Source: Selaginella moellendorffii (lineage: Eukaryota > Plantae > Lycopodiophyta). From it: DNA of 64,000 nt. The notes below the pieces were generated by a model, which made no database searches, was not told the DNA's origin, and saw only the letters and a program-made list of their open reading frames with translations. Both the position numbers and the translations under genes were made by a program. The DNA lies in contig NW_003314362.1 in NCBI RefSeq assembly GCF_000143415.4, forward strand, positions 248,001-312,000, written 5' to 3'. This document shows positions 1 through 12,453 of this stretch, piece by piece. Numbering within the stretch: the first letter of the stretch is position 1; each line of letters opens with the position of its first letter.

Positions 1-155
1 TCCTCGAGAGCTTCCCTGGTTTATTGGATGTCTGGTGCAACCCTGGAGTTTTTTTTGCAGGTGAGTAAGCTTTCACGGTTTCAGAGCAATATATTATTGC
101 CAAGAAAAGGCATCAAAAGTTGGAGCAGGATTTGAAAGGATCGAAACCTATGGAC

Positions 156-1847
156 TGTGAGACACAAAATCCCTAGGCCCCAAAGTGGAGCCGGAAGGGC
201 GCCACATGGTAGTGGCCGAAGCGAGAGCCAAACGAGCGTAACACATTTGGACCAAAAGCTCCGACTTGAAAAGTCAAAAGCGGGAGTGGAACTCCCAACG
301 AAGTGCTCGAGGAACGAGCACGAAGCGAGCAAAAGGCGAGGCTCCAAAAAGGGACCCAAAAGGACCAACACATGACACGTGGGAGTGTCCGAGATGGACC
401 CGAGTTGGAGTCCGAAGTGGAGTCCGAGATGGAGTCCGAAGTGGAGTCCGAGGTGGACCCGAGATGGACCCAAGTTGGAGTCCGAAGTGGAGTCAGAGAT
501 GGACCCGAGATGGAGTCCGAGATGGAGTCCGAGGTGGACCCAAGATGGACCCGAAATGGAGTCCGAGATGGAGTCCGAGATGGACCCGAGATGGAGTCCG
601 AGATGGAGTCCGAGATGGACCCGAGATGGACCCGAGATGGAGTCCGAGATGGAGTCCGAGATGGAGTCCGAAGTCGAGACCGAGACCGGGACCGAGACCG
701 AGACCGAGACCGAGATCAGGACCGAGACCGAGACCGAGGCCGAGGCCAAGACCGAGCCCGAGCCCGAGTCCGAGTCCGAATCCGAGTCCGAGTCCGAGTC
801 CGAGTCCGAGTCCGAGTCCGAGTCCGAGTCCGAGTCCGAGTCCGGAGCCTGAGAGGGTGAAAGCCCAAAGCGTTCGTCTCCCAGACCCTGGGGGGTTTGG
901 TGAGCTCCAAAAGTATAGTAGGGGGAGGACTGCAGTGGAGCCAGTTTGGCCAGGAAAGGCCAGTTTGGCCCAGGAAGGCCGGACCCAGTGTTGGGTGATG
1001 AGCTGCCCACTGGGAAGTCCAAGACTAAAGTGAACACAGACCGACAAGCAGGGTAGCTTGGTGAAGTGTTCAAGAGCTGGCTCTAGTTCCCCCGGGAGAT
1101 CGACTGGCTGATGCTCCCAGTCCAAGTGTGGGTGGCACTACCTACTTGGATACCTGGTGTGGCTCAATGGAACCCGCTCTAAGCCCATGGCTAGAGCACC
1201 CAAGGGCAGAAGGCGAGGAGAGTACCCAGGTGGCTCGCGTAAGGCCATGGTGTTCCGAAATGTTGTCCCAAAGGCCCAGACTGTGGAAAGGAAGAGGAGC
1301 AATCCTCTGGGGTAGTGACCAAGGACACAGTCGTGTGGTGAGGAAGTCCCAGAGGACCGTGGGACTTAGTGGTCGGGCCTGTGGGTCTCGATCCAGTGGC
1401 AGTGTTGGCAAACACGGCCAGGGGCAGAAAGGGACTTAGTGGGGACTGACAGAGGGATATTGGGGAAGGCTATTCCCCTTGTCGGTGGGCATCCTAAGGA
1501 TGCTAAGGAGTGGATCTGAGATGACCACTCACGGATGGTTTGCCTAGTCTTGGAGAGCCAAGACGGTGATGCAAGTGGTATTGGACTACCAGTGTGGCAA
1601 AGGTGATTGGGCATGGCCTTAGCGTAACGGGCTGCTATGTCGGTGGTACCTTTGAGTGTCGGTCATGGGATCGGACACGTGGGGCACTTGGACCAAGTGC
1701 AAATGTTGAGTGGCATGGATGCCATTCTCGGGGCTAGCAAGTCCCAAGTCCTGGATTGGACTTATGGAGGTTGTGAATGAGACTCCTCCAAGTGGTCAGA
1801 GGTGTGGTTAAGTGACTAAAGTAGAATGGAAAATTTAGTCGCTTACA
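156..1847 (+). repeat. 5' LTR (~1.69 kb)
   Basis: TG...CA termini. Direct repeat of 5950-7678 with roughly 20 differences counted by eye plus a length difference in the internal array. Confidence 0.95.
387..846. repeat. Minisatellite/microsatellite array in the 5' LTR (GGAGTCCGAGAT / GGACCCGAGAT units grading into ACCGAG, CCCGAG and TCCGAG hexamers)
   Basis: Read directly. The counterpart at ~6181-6676 has different unit counts. Confidence 0.95.
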
Positions 1848-1850
1848 ACT

Positions 1851-1862
1851 TGGTATCGGAGC
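1851..1862 (+). promoter_or_regulatory. Primer binding site, tRNA-iMet type
   Basis: TGGTATCGGAGC, 3 nt after the LTR end; one mismatch to the canonical TGGTATCAGAGC. Confidence 0.9.
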
Positions 1863-4800
1863 TGTTCCTTAGTCCGAATTTTATTGGTGCTCAAGTATAT
1901 CACCACTGGTGTTGGCAACGGAAGGTCCGAGAAGTGGGCCTATCCTTGAGGAGTAGCAGGTCGGGAAGATATGGCTCTCCATTACAGTTCATGTGTGAAC
2001 TTGTAGACAAGGTGGTGGATAGAAAAGGGCCAATAATGGAACGACTTTGGGATCTTGGGAACAGTATATGGTTTTCCTCAAAGAGTTGAGGATGTGATCC
2101 AGATGAGCGTTTGACTTAGCAAACTGGCTAATGTAGTTGTGGTAAACAACTACAGTTGGGATCACGGGAAAGATAAAGACTCCAAAGCAATAAAGGAGTC
2201 ACAAGATTTTCCTCATATAGTTGAGGTTGGTGCTCATGAATGTGAGACCAGAAGTAATGACCGTGGGAGGTCAAATACGGAAGAGGACTCAAGTCCTTGA
2301 AAAGGTAGCCGGGGCTACCTCTAATAAATGCTGGAACAACCCAAGGAGTTGGGGGTGTATTAAGTGGATGAGTTGGTGTTCTCATCACATGGACAAGTAG
2401 TCCTAAGGGGCAAAGGTTGCCCCCAGAGAACAAAATCAAGTGTCGGAGTAACACTTGTGAAAATAGTCCTTTTGAGTAGGATAGGAATGCAAGAAGTGTA
2501 TTCCAGTGAGCTAGTGCCTCACAAGTAGGACCTTACGGGTCTGTGGATTAACCAAGTCCAAAACTGCTGGATGACTCAAGTAGAGTCAACGGATGGTCCT
2601 AAAAGGACTGATGGAAGCATTTGGACTGAGGTGTGTTGTACCCCACAAAGGATGGGGGGGGATCATAGGATCCAAGGATGAGAACAGAGGGTATCTCATC
2701 GATGGCAAAATGTGCCATGCTAAAGTTATGGGAAAGGTGTTCCCAGAAGAAAACAACTTTGACATAAAGTTGTGTGTGACCTCTATGGTGCAGTGCTAAC
2801 GGATGGTTGGCATGGGAAAGAGCGGTGTTGGTCTTGGCAAAGACTTAGACACGAAGGGGAAATGTCATAGAGGTAGGCTCGTGGAGCCGATGGTGTGGAG
2901 ACACCAAATGTGCCAAGGTGTGATACCTTGAGGCTATGTTGGTGGGTTCATGAGAACCCCTTGCCAAAGGAATCCTAATGGAAATGGGAATAGCATAGCC
3001 TAAGCTGTAGAGCATGCAGTTGAAGTGTGGTGACCCAGATAATGATGGAGGTGTGAAAGCACCAAGCAATGAGTTGTAGGACTTGACAACTATGAGGCAA
3101 CTAAGCAAGAGATGCAAAATAACTGGTTAAACGGGTAGAAGGTAGCTACCCAAGACTTCTTAATAGCATAGGGAAGTTGGATATACCCTTACGGGGGATA
3201 AGTTGCTTGTGTTGCGATATAGTAAGTCAATGTCATAAAAGGAAATACTCATTGTCAAGAAAGCCATCATTGGGACACCCGAACACTCTAGAACACCAGA
3301 AGGTGGTGTTTGATGTTGCGAGGGCAATGGATAAAGCCCAAGGGACTAAGTCCCTAGCGAATGATGGATAGAAGGTGCTATCCAAATGTCCAAAGTTGCG
3401 GAAACAAGAGAGGACTGTCTACCCGAGTTGGACAAAGCCAAAAATGGAATTTTGGCAAGGCTAGTGATGGGCATGTAAAGGCCCATAAGCAACAATGTAA
3501 TCCCAATGTGTGGGATTATAAGGTGAGCATACCCGGATTGAGGAACCACTCCCTAGGCTATTGGGTAGGTTCATCCCTAAGAATACTTGCTAAAGCATGA
3601 TAGAAAGTGCAAAGCTATCCTCCTGGTCTGGAGGAGAATGACCAAAGGAAAGGTGTGAAGCCAAAAAGCAAGAAGTAAGGGGATAGAACCGAACCGTAGG
3701 AATCAAAGGGCATAACCAAGGTTGGTTATGCCAGCTGGGAGTGGAAAATCAAGTGGGGGCTCGAGGGTGTTGCCACTAGCAACCGTGATGCCATGGAGAG
3801 TCTAAAATATGGAATTGTCCATGTTAGACTATGTGGCATTTGGAAGGCTTGCAAAAAGGGAGGCCTTAGCAAGCTGAGGGACAGAGTTCCTTCAAGGTTC
3901 CCAAAGACGATTCTAGGTAGCTTAGTACCTAGAAAGGCCAAGTGGAAATGGTTCATGGAACGCGCGAAATCAGAGTGGCGCAACAGAAGCGTGGTCTTGA
4001 AGCTTGCCAAGAGGCAAGGCTATCAAGGTTAGGGAAGTAGTTCCCGAGTGTTCAAGGAGAGGGCTTTGAACGAAAGTCGATGGTCAAGGACTTTCACGCT
4101 TATGCAGGAACCATGTTACAGTGGTCGGAGGACTTGCCAAGCGAGATTGGCACCTCGGGGGAACAAATACCCTAGTTGAAGGTGATAACTTCAAAAAAGG
4201 TGGCCCATGGGGCCGAGCATGGAGGAGCCCATGCATGATCACAGACATGTCAAGTGAGAGGACTTGGCAGTGTGGAGGAACTAGGTTCCTAAGCTGTGAT
4301 CTGTAGCGCGCTTTAAAAATAAGTTGGTGCACCGGCGTGGGGAGTCACGCCAGGCATCTTGTGTGATGCTGTCCGTAGATGCATATACGGAGGTTGGGTT
4401 CGAGTCCCGACCCTCTAGTGCTTGGGTTCGAGTCCCAAATCACTAGGGCGTGGTGATGGTTTGGAATATGAGGACACTCATATTTCGGTGGTCATGGACT
4501 CTCAGTGGGGAGACTGGTTTGGGCACACCGCCAAGCGAGGGATGCCTCGGAGTCGTGATGCACGGTTTAGATTGCTTAGTGTGAAAGCTCAGCATATCTA
4601 ACTTGAACGCTTTGGTGCAAGTGGCACCAAGGTCGTGGTGAGTGAGATGGGGACACCTAATCTCAGTTGCTATGAACCCTTGGCCGTAAGGGCTGGCTTG
4701 GGTGCACCGCCAAGTGTGGGGGATGCCCCCGGGGTTATAGTCAACAACTTGGAGGTCTAGAAGACCAAGTACCTCTTGGCAACTCTGTTAAGGTGCCAAG

Positions 4801-5935
4801 GTGGGATCACTAGGTGATCTTATGGCCAGATAAGGACAAGGTCCTTGGTTGGCTAAGGAATGAAGTTCCTGGTTCAAAATGTTGAAATTGAACTGTTTAA
4901 GGTGGTGTGGCTTGGTCGTGATGACCAAGTGGGAAGAGCACCTAAGGGAAATAAACTATGTCCGTGCGATGGCATAGTGAGTCCGAGGAAAGTAGTCTCT
5001 ATAAAAGACCCATGGGAGGGTCACGAAGTTGGGCCGTGGATAGAGCCCATAGCAGAAGATGCTAAAGAGACGTACTAGGGGTGAACATCCTCCGGACTTG
5101 GCAAAGAAGAGTCTTTGCTATGGAACCGAAACAATACCTCAAGGAAGGAGGTAGAGATTCGATGTTGCTTGGTACAACAATCAACGGATAGGAGCAAAAG
5201 ATGAGTGGCCAAGATAGGGCCGTGGAATCCCTTGGAAGGAATCCAAGTGACAAAGTTAGGCGAGGAACACTAATGTGTTGGACGCTAACAAGTTGCGGAA
5301 AAGGAAGTGTGTTTCCAAGGAGGGATTCCGAAATGCTCCGATTTGGCGAAAGTGGAAGCTCCAAGGGAGGGAGCGGTAAGGTAGCCAAATGATAGGGCCA
5401 TGAACAGCCCTAGCACAAAGTATGATAACTGGAACTTTGGCACGAAATAGAAGAGAGGATGATGGTGCCCTCGAGTAGAGAACTTCCTAGGATGGGAAGT
5501 GGAGTTGCACAAAAGGTGCAAGGCAAGGTGTCGGGGACACCTAGGAAATTGACTCCAAGAAGTCAAAATTCAAAGTTCCAAAGTGCAAAGGTTATATCGA
5601 TGGAAATTGAGACTACTCGAGAAGGAGTAGTGGGATTGACTTAGAGAAGGGTCTCTAAGAGGTTTAGCGAGAACTAAACCAATAAAAGGAGAGAACCACT
5701 ATATGTGGTCCAATCAGTCTCCAAGTTGGAGAGACTACCCTCCTTAGAGGATATGCAAAAGGCATGGTGAGCCTTCAATGTCCAACCATTGACGAATATG
5801 GAGAAGGCATGGTGAGCCTTCAATGTCACACCATTTGACAAATATTGGCTACGCGCCAAGGATGGAAATGGTAACACATGCGGGTGTTACTTTATAAAAT
5901 GGTTCACCGTTCGATGAGGACATCGAACTTCGTCT

Positions 5936-5948
5936 ATGGGTGGTGGAG
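5936..5948 (+). promoter_or_regulatory. Polypurine-tract-like segment
   Basis: ATGGGTGGTGGAG immediately before the 3' LTR. Confidence 0.65.
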
Positions 5949-5949
5949 T

Positions 5950-7678
5950 TGTGAGACACAAAATCCCTAGGCCCCAAAGTGGAGCCGGAAGGGCACCACA
6001 TGGTAGTGGCCGAAGCGAGAGCCAAACGAGCGTAACACATTTGGACCAAAAACTCCGACTTGAAAAGTCAAAAGCGGGAGTGGAACTCCCAACGAAGTGC
6101 TCGAGGAACGAGCACGAAGCGAGCAAAAGGCGAGGCTCCAAAAAGGGACCCAAAAGGACCAACACATGACACGTGGGAGTGTCCGAGATGGACCCGAGTT
6201 GGAGTCCGAAGTGGAGTCCGAGAATGGAGTCCGAAGTGGAGTCCGAGGTGGACCCGAGATGGACCCGAGTTGGAGTCCGAAGTGGAGTCCGAGATGGAGT
6301 CCGAGGTGGAGTCCGAGGTGGACCCGAGATGGACCCGAGTTGGAGTCCGAAGTGGAGTCCGAGATGGACCCGAGATGGAGTCCGAGATGGAGTCCGAGAT
6401 GGAGTCCGAGGTGGACCCGAGATGGATCCGAAATGGAGTCCGAGATGGAGTCCGAGATGGACCCGAGATGGAGTCCGAGATGGAGTCTGAGATGGACCCG
6501 AGATGGACCCGAGATGGAGTCCGAGATGGAGTCCAAAGTCGAGACTGAGACCGGGACCGAGACCGAGACCGAGACCGAGATCGGGACCGAGACCGAGACC
6601 GAGGCCGAGGCCAAGACCGAGCCCGAGCCCGAGTCCGAGTCCGAATCCGAGTCCGAGTCCGAGTCCGAGTCCGGAGCCTGAGAGGGTGAAAGCCCAAAGC
6701 GTTCGTCTCCCAGACCCTGGGGGGTTTGGTGAGCTCCAAAAGTATAGTAGTGGGAGGACTGCAGTGGAGCCAGTTTGGCCAGGAAAGGCCAGTTTGGCCC
6801 AGGAAGGCCGAACCCAGTGTTGGGTGATGAGCTGCCCACTGGGAAGTCCAAGACTAGAGTGAACACGGACCGACNNNNNNNNNNNNNNNNNNNNNNNNNN
6901 NNNNNNNNNNNNNNNNNNNNNNNNNNNNNNNNNNNNNNNNNNNNNNNNNNNNNNNNNNNNNNNNNNNNNNNNNNNNNNNNNNNNNNNNNNNNNNNNNNNN
7001 NNNNCGCTCTAAGCCCATGGCTAGAGCACCTAAGGGCAGAAGGTGAGGAGAGTAGCCCAGGTGGCTCGCGTAAGGCCACGGTGTTCCGAAATGTTGCCCC
7101 AAAGGCCCAGACTGTGGAAAGGAAGAGGAGCAATCCTCTGGGGTAGTGACCAAGGACACAGTCGTGTGGTGAGGAAGTCCCAGAGGACCGTGGGACTTAG
7201 TGGTCGGGCCTGTGGGTCTCGATCCAGTGGCAGTGTTGGCAAACACGGCCAGGGGCAGAAAGGGACTTAGTGGGGACTGACAGAGGGATATTGGGGAAGG
7301 CTATTCCCCTTGTCGGTGGGCATCCTAAGGATGCTAAGGAGTGGATCTGAGATGACCACTCACGGATGGTTTGCCTAGTCTTGGAGAGCCAAAACGGTGA
7401 TGCAAGTGGTATTGGACTACCAGTGTGGCAAAGGTGATTGGGCATGGCCTTAGTGTAACGGGCTGCTATGTCGGTGGTACCTTTGAGTGTCGGTCATTGG
7501 ATCGGACACGTGGGGCACTTGGACCAAGTGCAAATGTTGAGTGGCATGGATGCCATTCTCGGGGCTAGCAAGTCCGAAGTCCTGGATTGGACTTATGGAG
7601 GTTGTGAATGAGACTCCTCCAAGTGGTCAAAGGTGTGGTTAAGTGACTAAAGTAGAATGGAAAACTTAGTCAGTTACA
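5950..7678 (+). repeat. 3' LTR (contains N gap 6875-7003)
   Basis: Direct repeat of 156-1847. Confidence 0.95.
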
Positions 7679-10600
7679 TGGACCTCCAAGCTTTGACAAC
7701 CAAGTGAAGAATAGATGGGACCAGGGTGCCTGGATCAAATCAAACTCGAGCTCAGCCAAGCCATCTTCCACGACAATACCTTAAACGGCTGTTGCTGGTT
7801 CTTGTTGCAGCATACTTACGCTTTGTTTCTCAAAAGTAGCCTTTGCATCAGCTGCTTGTCAGATTGAGACGAAGAGTCCGCCCATTTTGTTTGCCATGGC
7901 CTCGCCAGAGCATGGAGCAAGTGAGAGTTTCATTCCATCGAGAAGAGAATGGTTTCTTTCTTGAGCTTGACTGCAGCAGATTTCTCTAGACATGCAAAAC
8001 AACAGAAATCTTATAAACCCACCTTGCATATGTCTCATGAATGAGTGTGGACTTTTCAGGAGTATCGGTGGGCCTCAAGCTACTCTTTGTTTATAAATTG
8101 TTTATAAATGTAAATGCTCTTGTGCAGGAAGCTTATGAATACTTCTTATGAAAAGCACCTCAACTCTTGTATCCATTTTCGTGGCTCGATTTTGGTAGCA
8201 TCTGTAACGTTATGTGGCTGTAGAGTGGCTGTTGCCTGATGCATTCTTGAAACACTTTGCTCTCTTTAACAGAAGAAACAGTCTGTTGTAACACACAAAG
8301 CTTAGACATTTTTCACCCCAAAAGGAAAGAAATATACCTTGAGGTATAGCCTGAAGCCGTGTCCCACAACTTGACGCCCAAGGAAGTTAATCACCCATGT
8401 CAGAACAAGGTCGAGCTTAAGGTCCAGGTGTATTACTGCTCTGTAAAAGAAGTAGTGACTATCTTAAGAAGAAAACAAAAGAAAAAAAAAACTAATAGTG
8501 TACCTTATGTAGCATTTCTCGTCGCTAATCTTCTGGAGGATGAATCCACCATTGGCTTCCATGCGAATGACGCCCTCTTTTGGAGGAGGCAAATGAGAAG
8601 CATTAAAACCATGGATGGTCTCCTTGACGATAGTCTCTGCTTCCTGGGGGACCTGGCAAATCACCACCATTGGAGTGAATAAAATAACAAAAGAGGCACA
8701 GTGATTGATAGCTTAACTGTTCGCAAGCAGCCAACCACGGCATCCAATTCAGGTAGCTCCAGTTCGAAAGACGTGACCAGCATTTCTCTTGTCGCAAACG
8801 GCCATGGAACCTTACACCTGGCAAGAGCTTGTAGAATTTAAACGCGGGACGGAGGAGCTGCTGCACTACCACCAGCGTTGGCTTTTGGATTGATCAGCAG
8901 GGCACAAGGGATGTACGTTGTAGTGAAAGCATTGCTTTCCCACAGTTCATCTTTCGCCCTTTTTGCTCTAAATACTCTTGTTGTGGACAGCCACCTTTTG
9001 GCCCCGAGTACTTTCCATGCATTGCCCCCTCTTCNNNNNNNNNNNNNNNNNNNNNNNNNNNNNNNNNNNNNNNNNNNNNNNNNNNNNNNNNNNNNNNNNN
9101 NNNNNNNNNNNNNNNNNNNNNNNNNNNNNNNNNNCGACAAGAAAGCCCCTTGATGAAATCTCAAGCTCCCCAGGATTTGAAAGAACAGAGAAGTGCCTCC
9201 AGCCTTGTACTCTTAACTTTGCTGCTAATCAAGAGCGTGCCTGGATCAATTTAATCTTCAATGCTCAACCAAGCCATCTTTGGACATTCAGTCGTTGGAT
9301 GCAAGGAAACCTTGTTTCTCAAAAGAAGAAAAGGTAGGTTATCCCAGGGATTCAGTGGTGAAATCTTCATTCCATAATGGTTTCTTTCTTGGGCTTGACA
9401 ACCGCAGAAAGGATGACAGCCTTATAAAACGTTCCCACGGGTTTAGAAAGGATGCTTAGAAATGAGCGAGAGCTTGTGCCGTTATGGTGAAGGTATGATA
9501 TACGTTAAGAAGCAATTAGTGTCCGATTTGGACGGGAACCTGATGGCAAGGTCACAGGTTCGAATCCACAGCCAGAGACCCAATCAAAACATTTTGCAAC
9601 GCTTCTCCCTCCTTTGCATCTTGCAAGCTACTGTGATCAGAGCGAGCTCTTCTGCCTGCAGTCATCTCGGGATGAGAACTACTTGTTGTCCATAGCCCAA
9701 GACTACAGCATGTCCACGATCATGGAACACTTAAGATGCTTGGTGGATCTGCTGGGGAGATCTGGGAAGCTAGACGAGGCCAGTGTCGAGCCAAATTTCA
9801 GCGCTGGAGAATGAAAGAGTGGGGAAAAGTCCGATGCTAGTTGGACCTGTCCTCTGGGCTGGAGATCATGACTCACAGCCATTCAAAGGTTGCCAAAACT
9901 CTTGGGCATCGGTAAACCGATGTCCAGGGTCGTGTCCTGTCTCTGCTCCGCTATAGCTGGCGTTCCAGCTTGCAGAGTGTGCCGCTCAGCGTTCGTGTTC
10001 TTCCTTGGCAGTCTGCAGCACTCTGTGCGATCGTAACGAGGCTGCATTGCGAGTCACGCGAGGCGCAAGTTCCTCCTCCAAATCTATTATCGTTCCCCAG
10101 GATCCTTTCTCTCTGGGCTAGATCGACCACTGTCTTTTTTGTCTCTCGAGCCTGCGGGAGGGAGAAACAAGGAAATTCCAATATCGCGGAGAAACTCCAA
10201 CATCGCCTACACTTGAAAACCAGAGAACCACCAAGTGTTTTTAGGTGGTTCTCTGGCTGTGGATTCGAACCTGTGACCTTGCCAATAAATCTCTTTATTC
10301 TAGCCAGATATCCGGCCAACAGGTTCCCGTCCAAATTAAACATTAATAGCCTGTTAAAGTGTTTCGCTTGTTCTTGATTTTGAGTGAATGGCACGCGTGC
10401 TGATTTCTTGTTCCGTATCAATCACGTGCGCAAGGTCGCGCGAACGTTTCCAAGCCTCTCTTCTTGGTTCCAAGATTTTTTTTGGAGCAAAATTTGTTTC
10501 TCGGAACAAGAAAAGTTTCTGGAAAATGAGCAAGTTTGATTTGATCCAACCACCCTCTTGAAGAGCAGAGTTGAGAGGCATCTGGAAATGTCAAGAGTGG

Positions 10601-11030
10601 AGGTTGGGGTATTTATTTGTTTCTCTCTTCTTTGCAAGATCAAATCCTCTGGCCATGTTCAAGACCATGAAATTAAATACTCACTCCCAAGGCACATCCC
10701 TGATTTGGTGCAACTGATTAGACTCAGAACCTGAGGATTGATGCACCAGTGATTCCGTTGTTATTCACTGCAGCCTGTGAGAGCCTTGATCGAGCGTCAG
10801 GTGAGAGCAAAGAAGAAGCATGACAAGCGGTGGAATGATACAACACAATGATCTGCAAGGACCCACGTCAAGCCACTGCGAGAAACTAGAGAGAAGAAAG
10901 GCTACGCTCTCGCTCAGCTCCACTCTTTCTTACATGAGATTGGCACAAGCGCGGCAGTCAAACGCTGCTCGAAAGTGTGGAGCAGCGTATCGTTATCCAG
11001 GTCGTCAGTAGTCCTCGGCCATTCGCTATT
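7679..11030 (+). repeat. Segmental duplicate A (together with 1-155) of 18260-21730
   Basis: Near-identical and collinear with the 18.3-21.7 kb copy. Contains N gap 9035-9134. Confidence 0.92.
8160..8820 (-). pseudogene. START/SRPBCC-like lipid-binding protein, 3' exons (copy 1; 5' part not found)
   Basis: GT-AG exons give CKVPWPFATREM..., PPPKEGVIRMEANGGFILQKISDEKCYIR, AVIHLDLKLDLVLTWVINFLGRQVVGHGFRLYLK and TVSSV...PLYSHI...stop. Confidence 0.6.
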
Positions 11031-11932
11031 TTGACGAAGCATGTAGGAGGAGCTAGTGGTGGATTCAAACTTGGACACCCCCTCTAGCTGAAATGCAATG
11101 ATACTTTCGTAGACAAGGCTGCATTGCGAGTCACGCGGGCTGCAAGTTTAAGCTCCTCTCCTCGTCCAAACCTGTTGGCGTTCAAGCGAGCAATGCTGAG
11201 ACGCGTTCCAGCATGACTTTAAAGCAAAAGGAAGAGTCTGGGCTAGATCGACACACTGACCATGATCATCGTGGCTGCTGCTGCTGCTCAAGCACTCCAG
11301 CGAATTCCATAAAGACCCACCGGCAAATTCTTGCGCGAGCGAAGTAAAATTTAATTGGGTCTCTGGCTGTGGGTTCGAACCTGTGACCTTGCCAATAATT
11401 GTTTTTATTCTAGCCAGATATCCGGCCAACAGGTTCCCGTCCAAATTATGCATTAATAGCTTGTTAACGTGTTTGTTACTTTCATGAATCGTTTCTTGAA
11501 ATTCTGGGCATGGCGCTCAGCTGGCACGCGAATGTTTCCCATCAGTTTGATTTGATCCAGGCACCCCCCTCAAGAGCACCGGTGCGTTCTGCCCAAGAGA
11601 TTCGAGTTGCAAGGCATCTGGAAATGTCAAGAGTGCTGAAGGTTGGGGTTAGTTGTTTCTCTCTTCTTCGCAAGATGAAACCCTCGGGGAGCTTAATTCA
11701 TCAAGACACCACCCAAAAGCTTCCAGTCTGATGCTTGTTCCTATAGAAAAACCATGTTCAAAACCATGAAACAAAACAGAACATCTTTGAGTTGGTGCAA
11801 CTAACTTAGACTCAGAACCTAAAGCTTGTTGCATCAGTGATATCCACTGTAGTCTAGTCCCAGAGTACGTTGTGAGAGCCTTGATCGAGCATCAGGTGAG
11901 AGCAAACAATTCCTCAAGAGCTGCTTGCAGGT

Positions 11933-12453
11933 TTAGACTCTGCATAGCTGATGGCTGACAAGAGAAGAAGCATGGCAAGCGAGGCGATGATACAACACAA
12001 GGATCTGCGAGGTTCGAAGAAGTCCCTCAACTGCTCCTGGGTACGTTAAGCCACTGCGAGCGTGGTAAGGGACATGAAAACGTGACTCCACTAGCCTAGT
12101 CACACCCACAAGCTTATGCGAAGCACTGCACTCGACACATCGCTTGGCGAAAATCGAAAGGTGGCAAAGATGAGGAATGAAGCTCAAGACAGTCTCTTGT
12201 GCGTTCTTGAGCGATCTGGACAAGAGTATATACATACCGCTTTAAATCACAAAAGCAATGCTTGTGATGCTTGCTTTGCGAGGTATTGTTTGAAGGCTTG
12301 TCTTGGTTTGAGCCAGACCGGATCATCCAGCCAAGCGCAGCAGACAAGCGCTGCTCGGGTGAGGAACTTCCTTGTTGGAATGCGAGCGAAAGTGCGGAGC
12401 AGCGTATCGTTATCCAGGTCGCCCAATGGTGGCAGCGTCACCTCTGCTATCAC
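11933..12453 (-). pseudogene. Degenerate F-box gene; related fragments at ~10760-11010, ~21440-21720 and ~47530-48100
   Basis: PPLGDLDNDTLLRTFARIPTRKFLTRAALVCCAW resembles an F-box motif; the frame is broken downstream. Confidence 0.55.

Larger units (their letters stand above)
156..7678 (+). mobile_element. Full-length non-autonomous LTR retrotransposon (LARD-like, probably Ty3/gypsy-derived)
   Basis: Starts TGTGAG (156) and ends TTACA (7678). A 5-bp TSD TGGAC lies at 151-155 and 7679-7683. There are two LTRs, a PBS and a purine tract. The 4.1 kb interior has no ORF over ~110 aa, only a faint integrase GPY/F-like remnant (RKLTPR near 5543). The uninterrupted target CCTA-TGGAC-CTCC is present at 18406-18418. 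Confidence 0.95.

Noticed and set aside
387-846. CRISPR-like periodicity
   Set aside because: There are no unique spacers and no cas genes, and the context is eukaryotic.
990-1030. Hammerhead ribozyme (retrozyme) in the LTR near GTGATGAG..GGAAGTC
   Set aside because: It lacks the CUGANGA and GAAA core with proper stems. An Infernal search would be definitive.
81-1125. Long ORFs in all frames with SDSD/ESES/RPRP/LGLG repeats resembling bacterial SD-repeat adhesins
   Set aside because: Artefact of a stop-free 6/12-bp array inside an LTR; 11-mer units shift the frame and the two LTR copies differ.
1863-5930. Functional gag/pol
   Set aside because: No long ORF and no RT YxDD or integrase DDE motifs seen; only faint remnants.
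6875-9134. ORFs running through the N gaps (6875-7003, 9035-9134)
   Set aside because: Translation through unknown bases; paralogous copies show no such genes.
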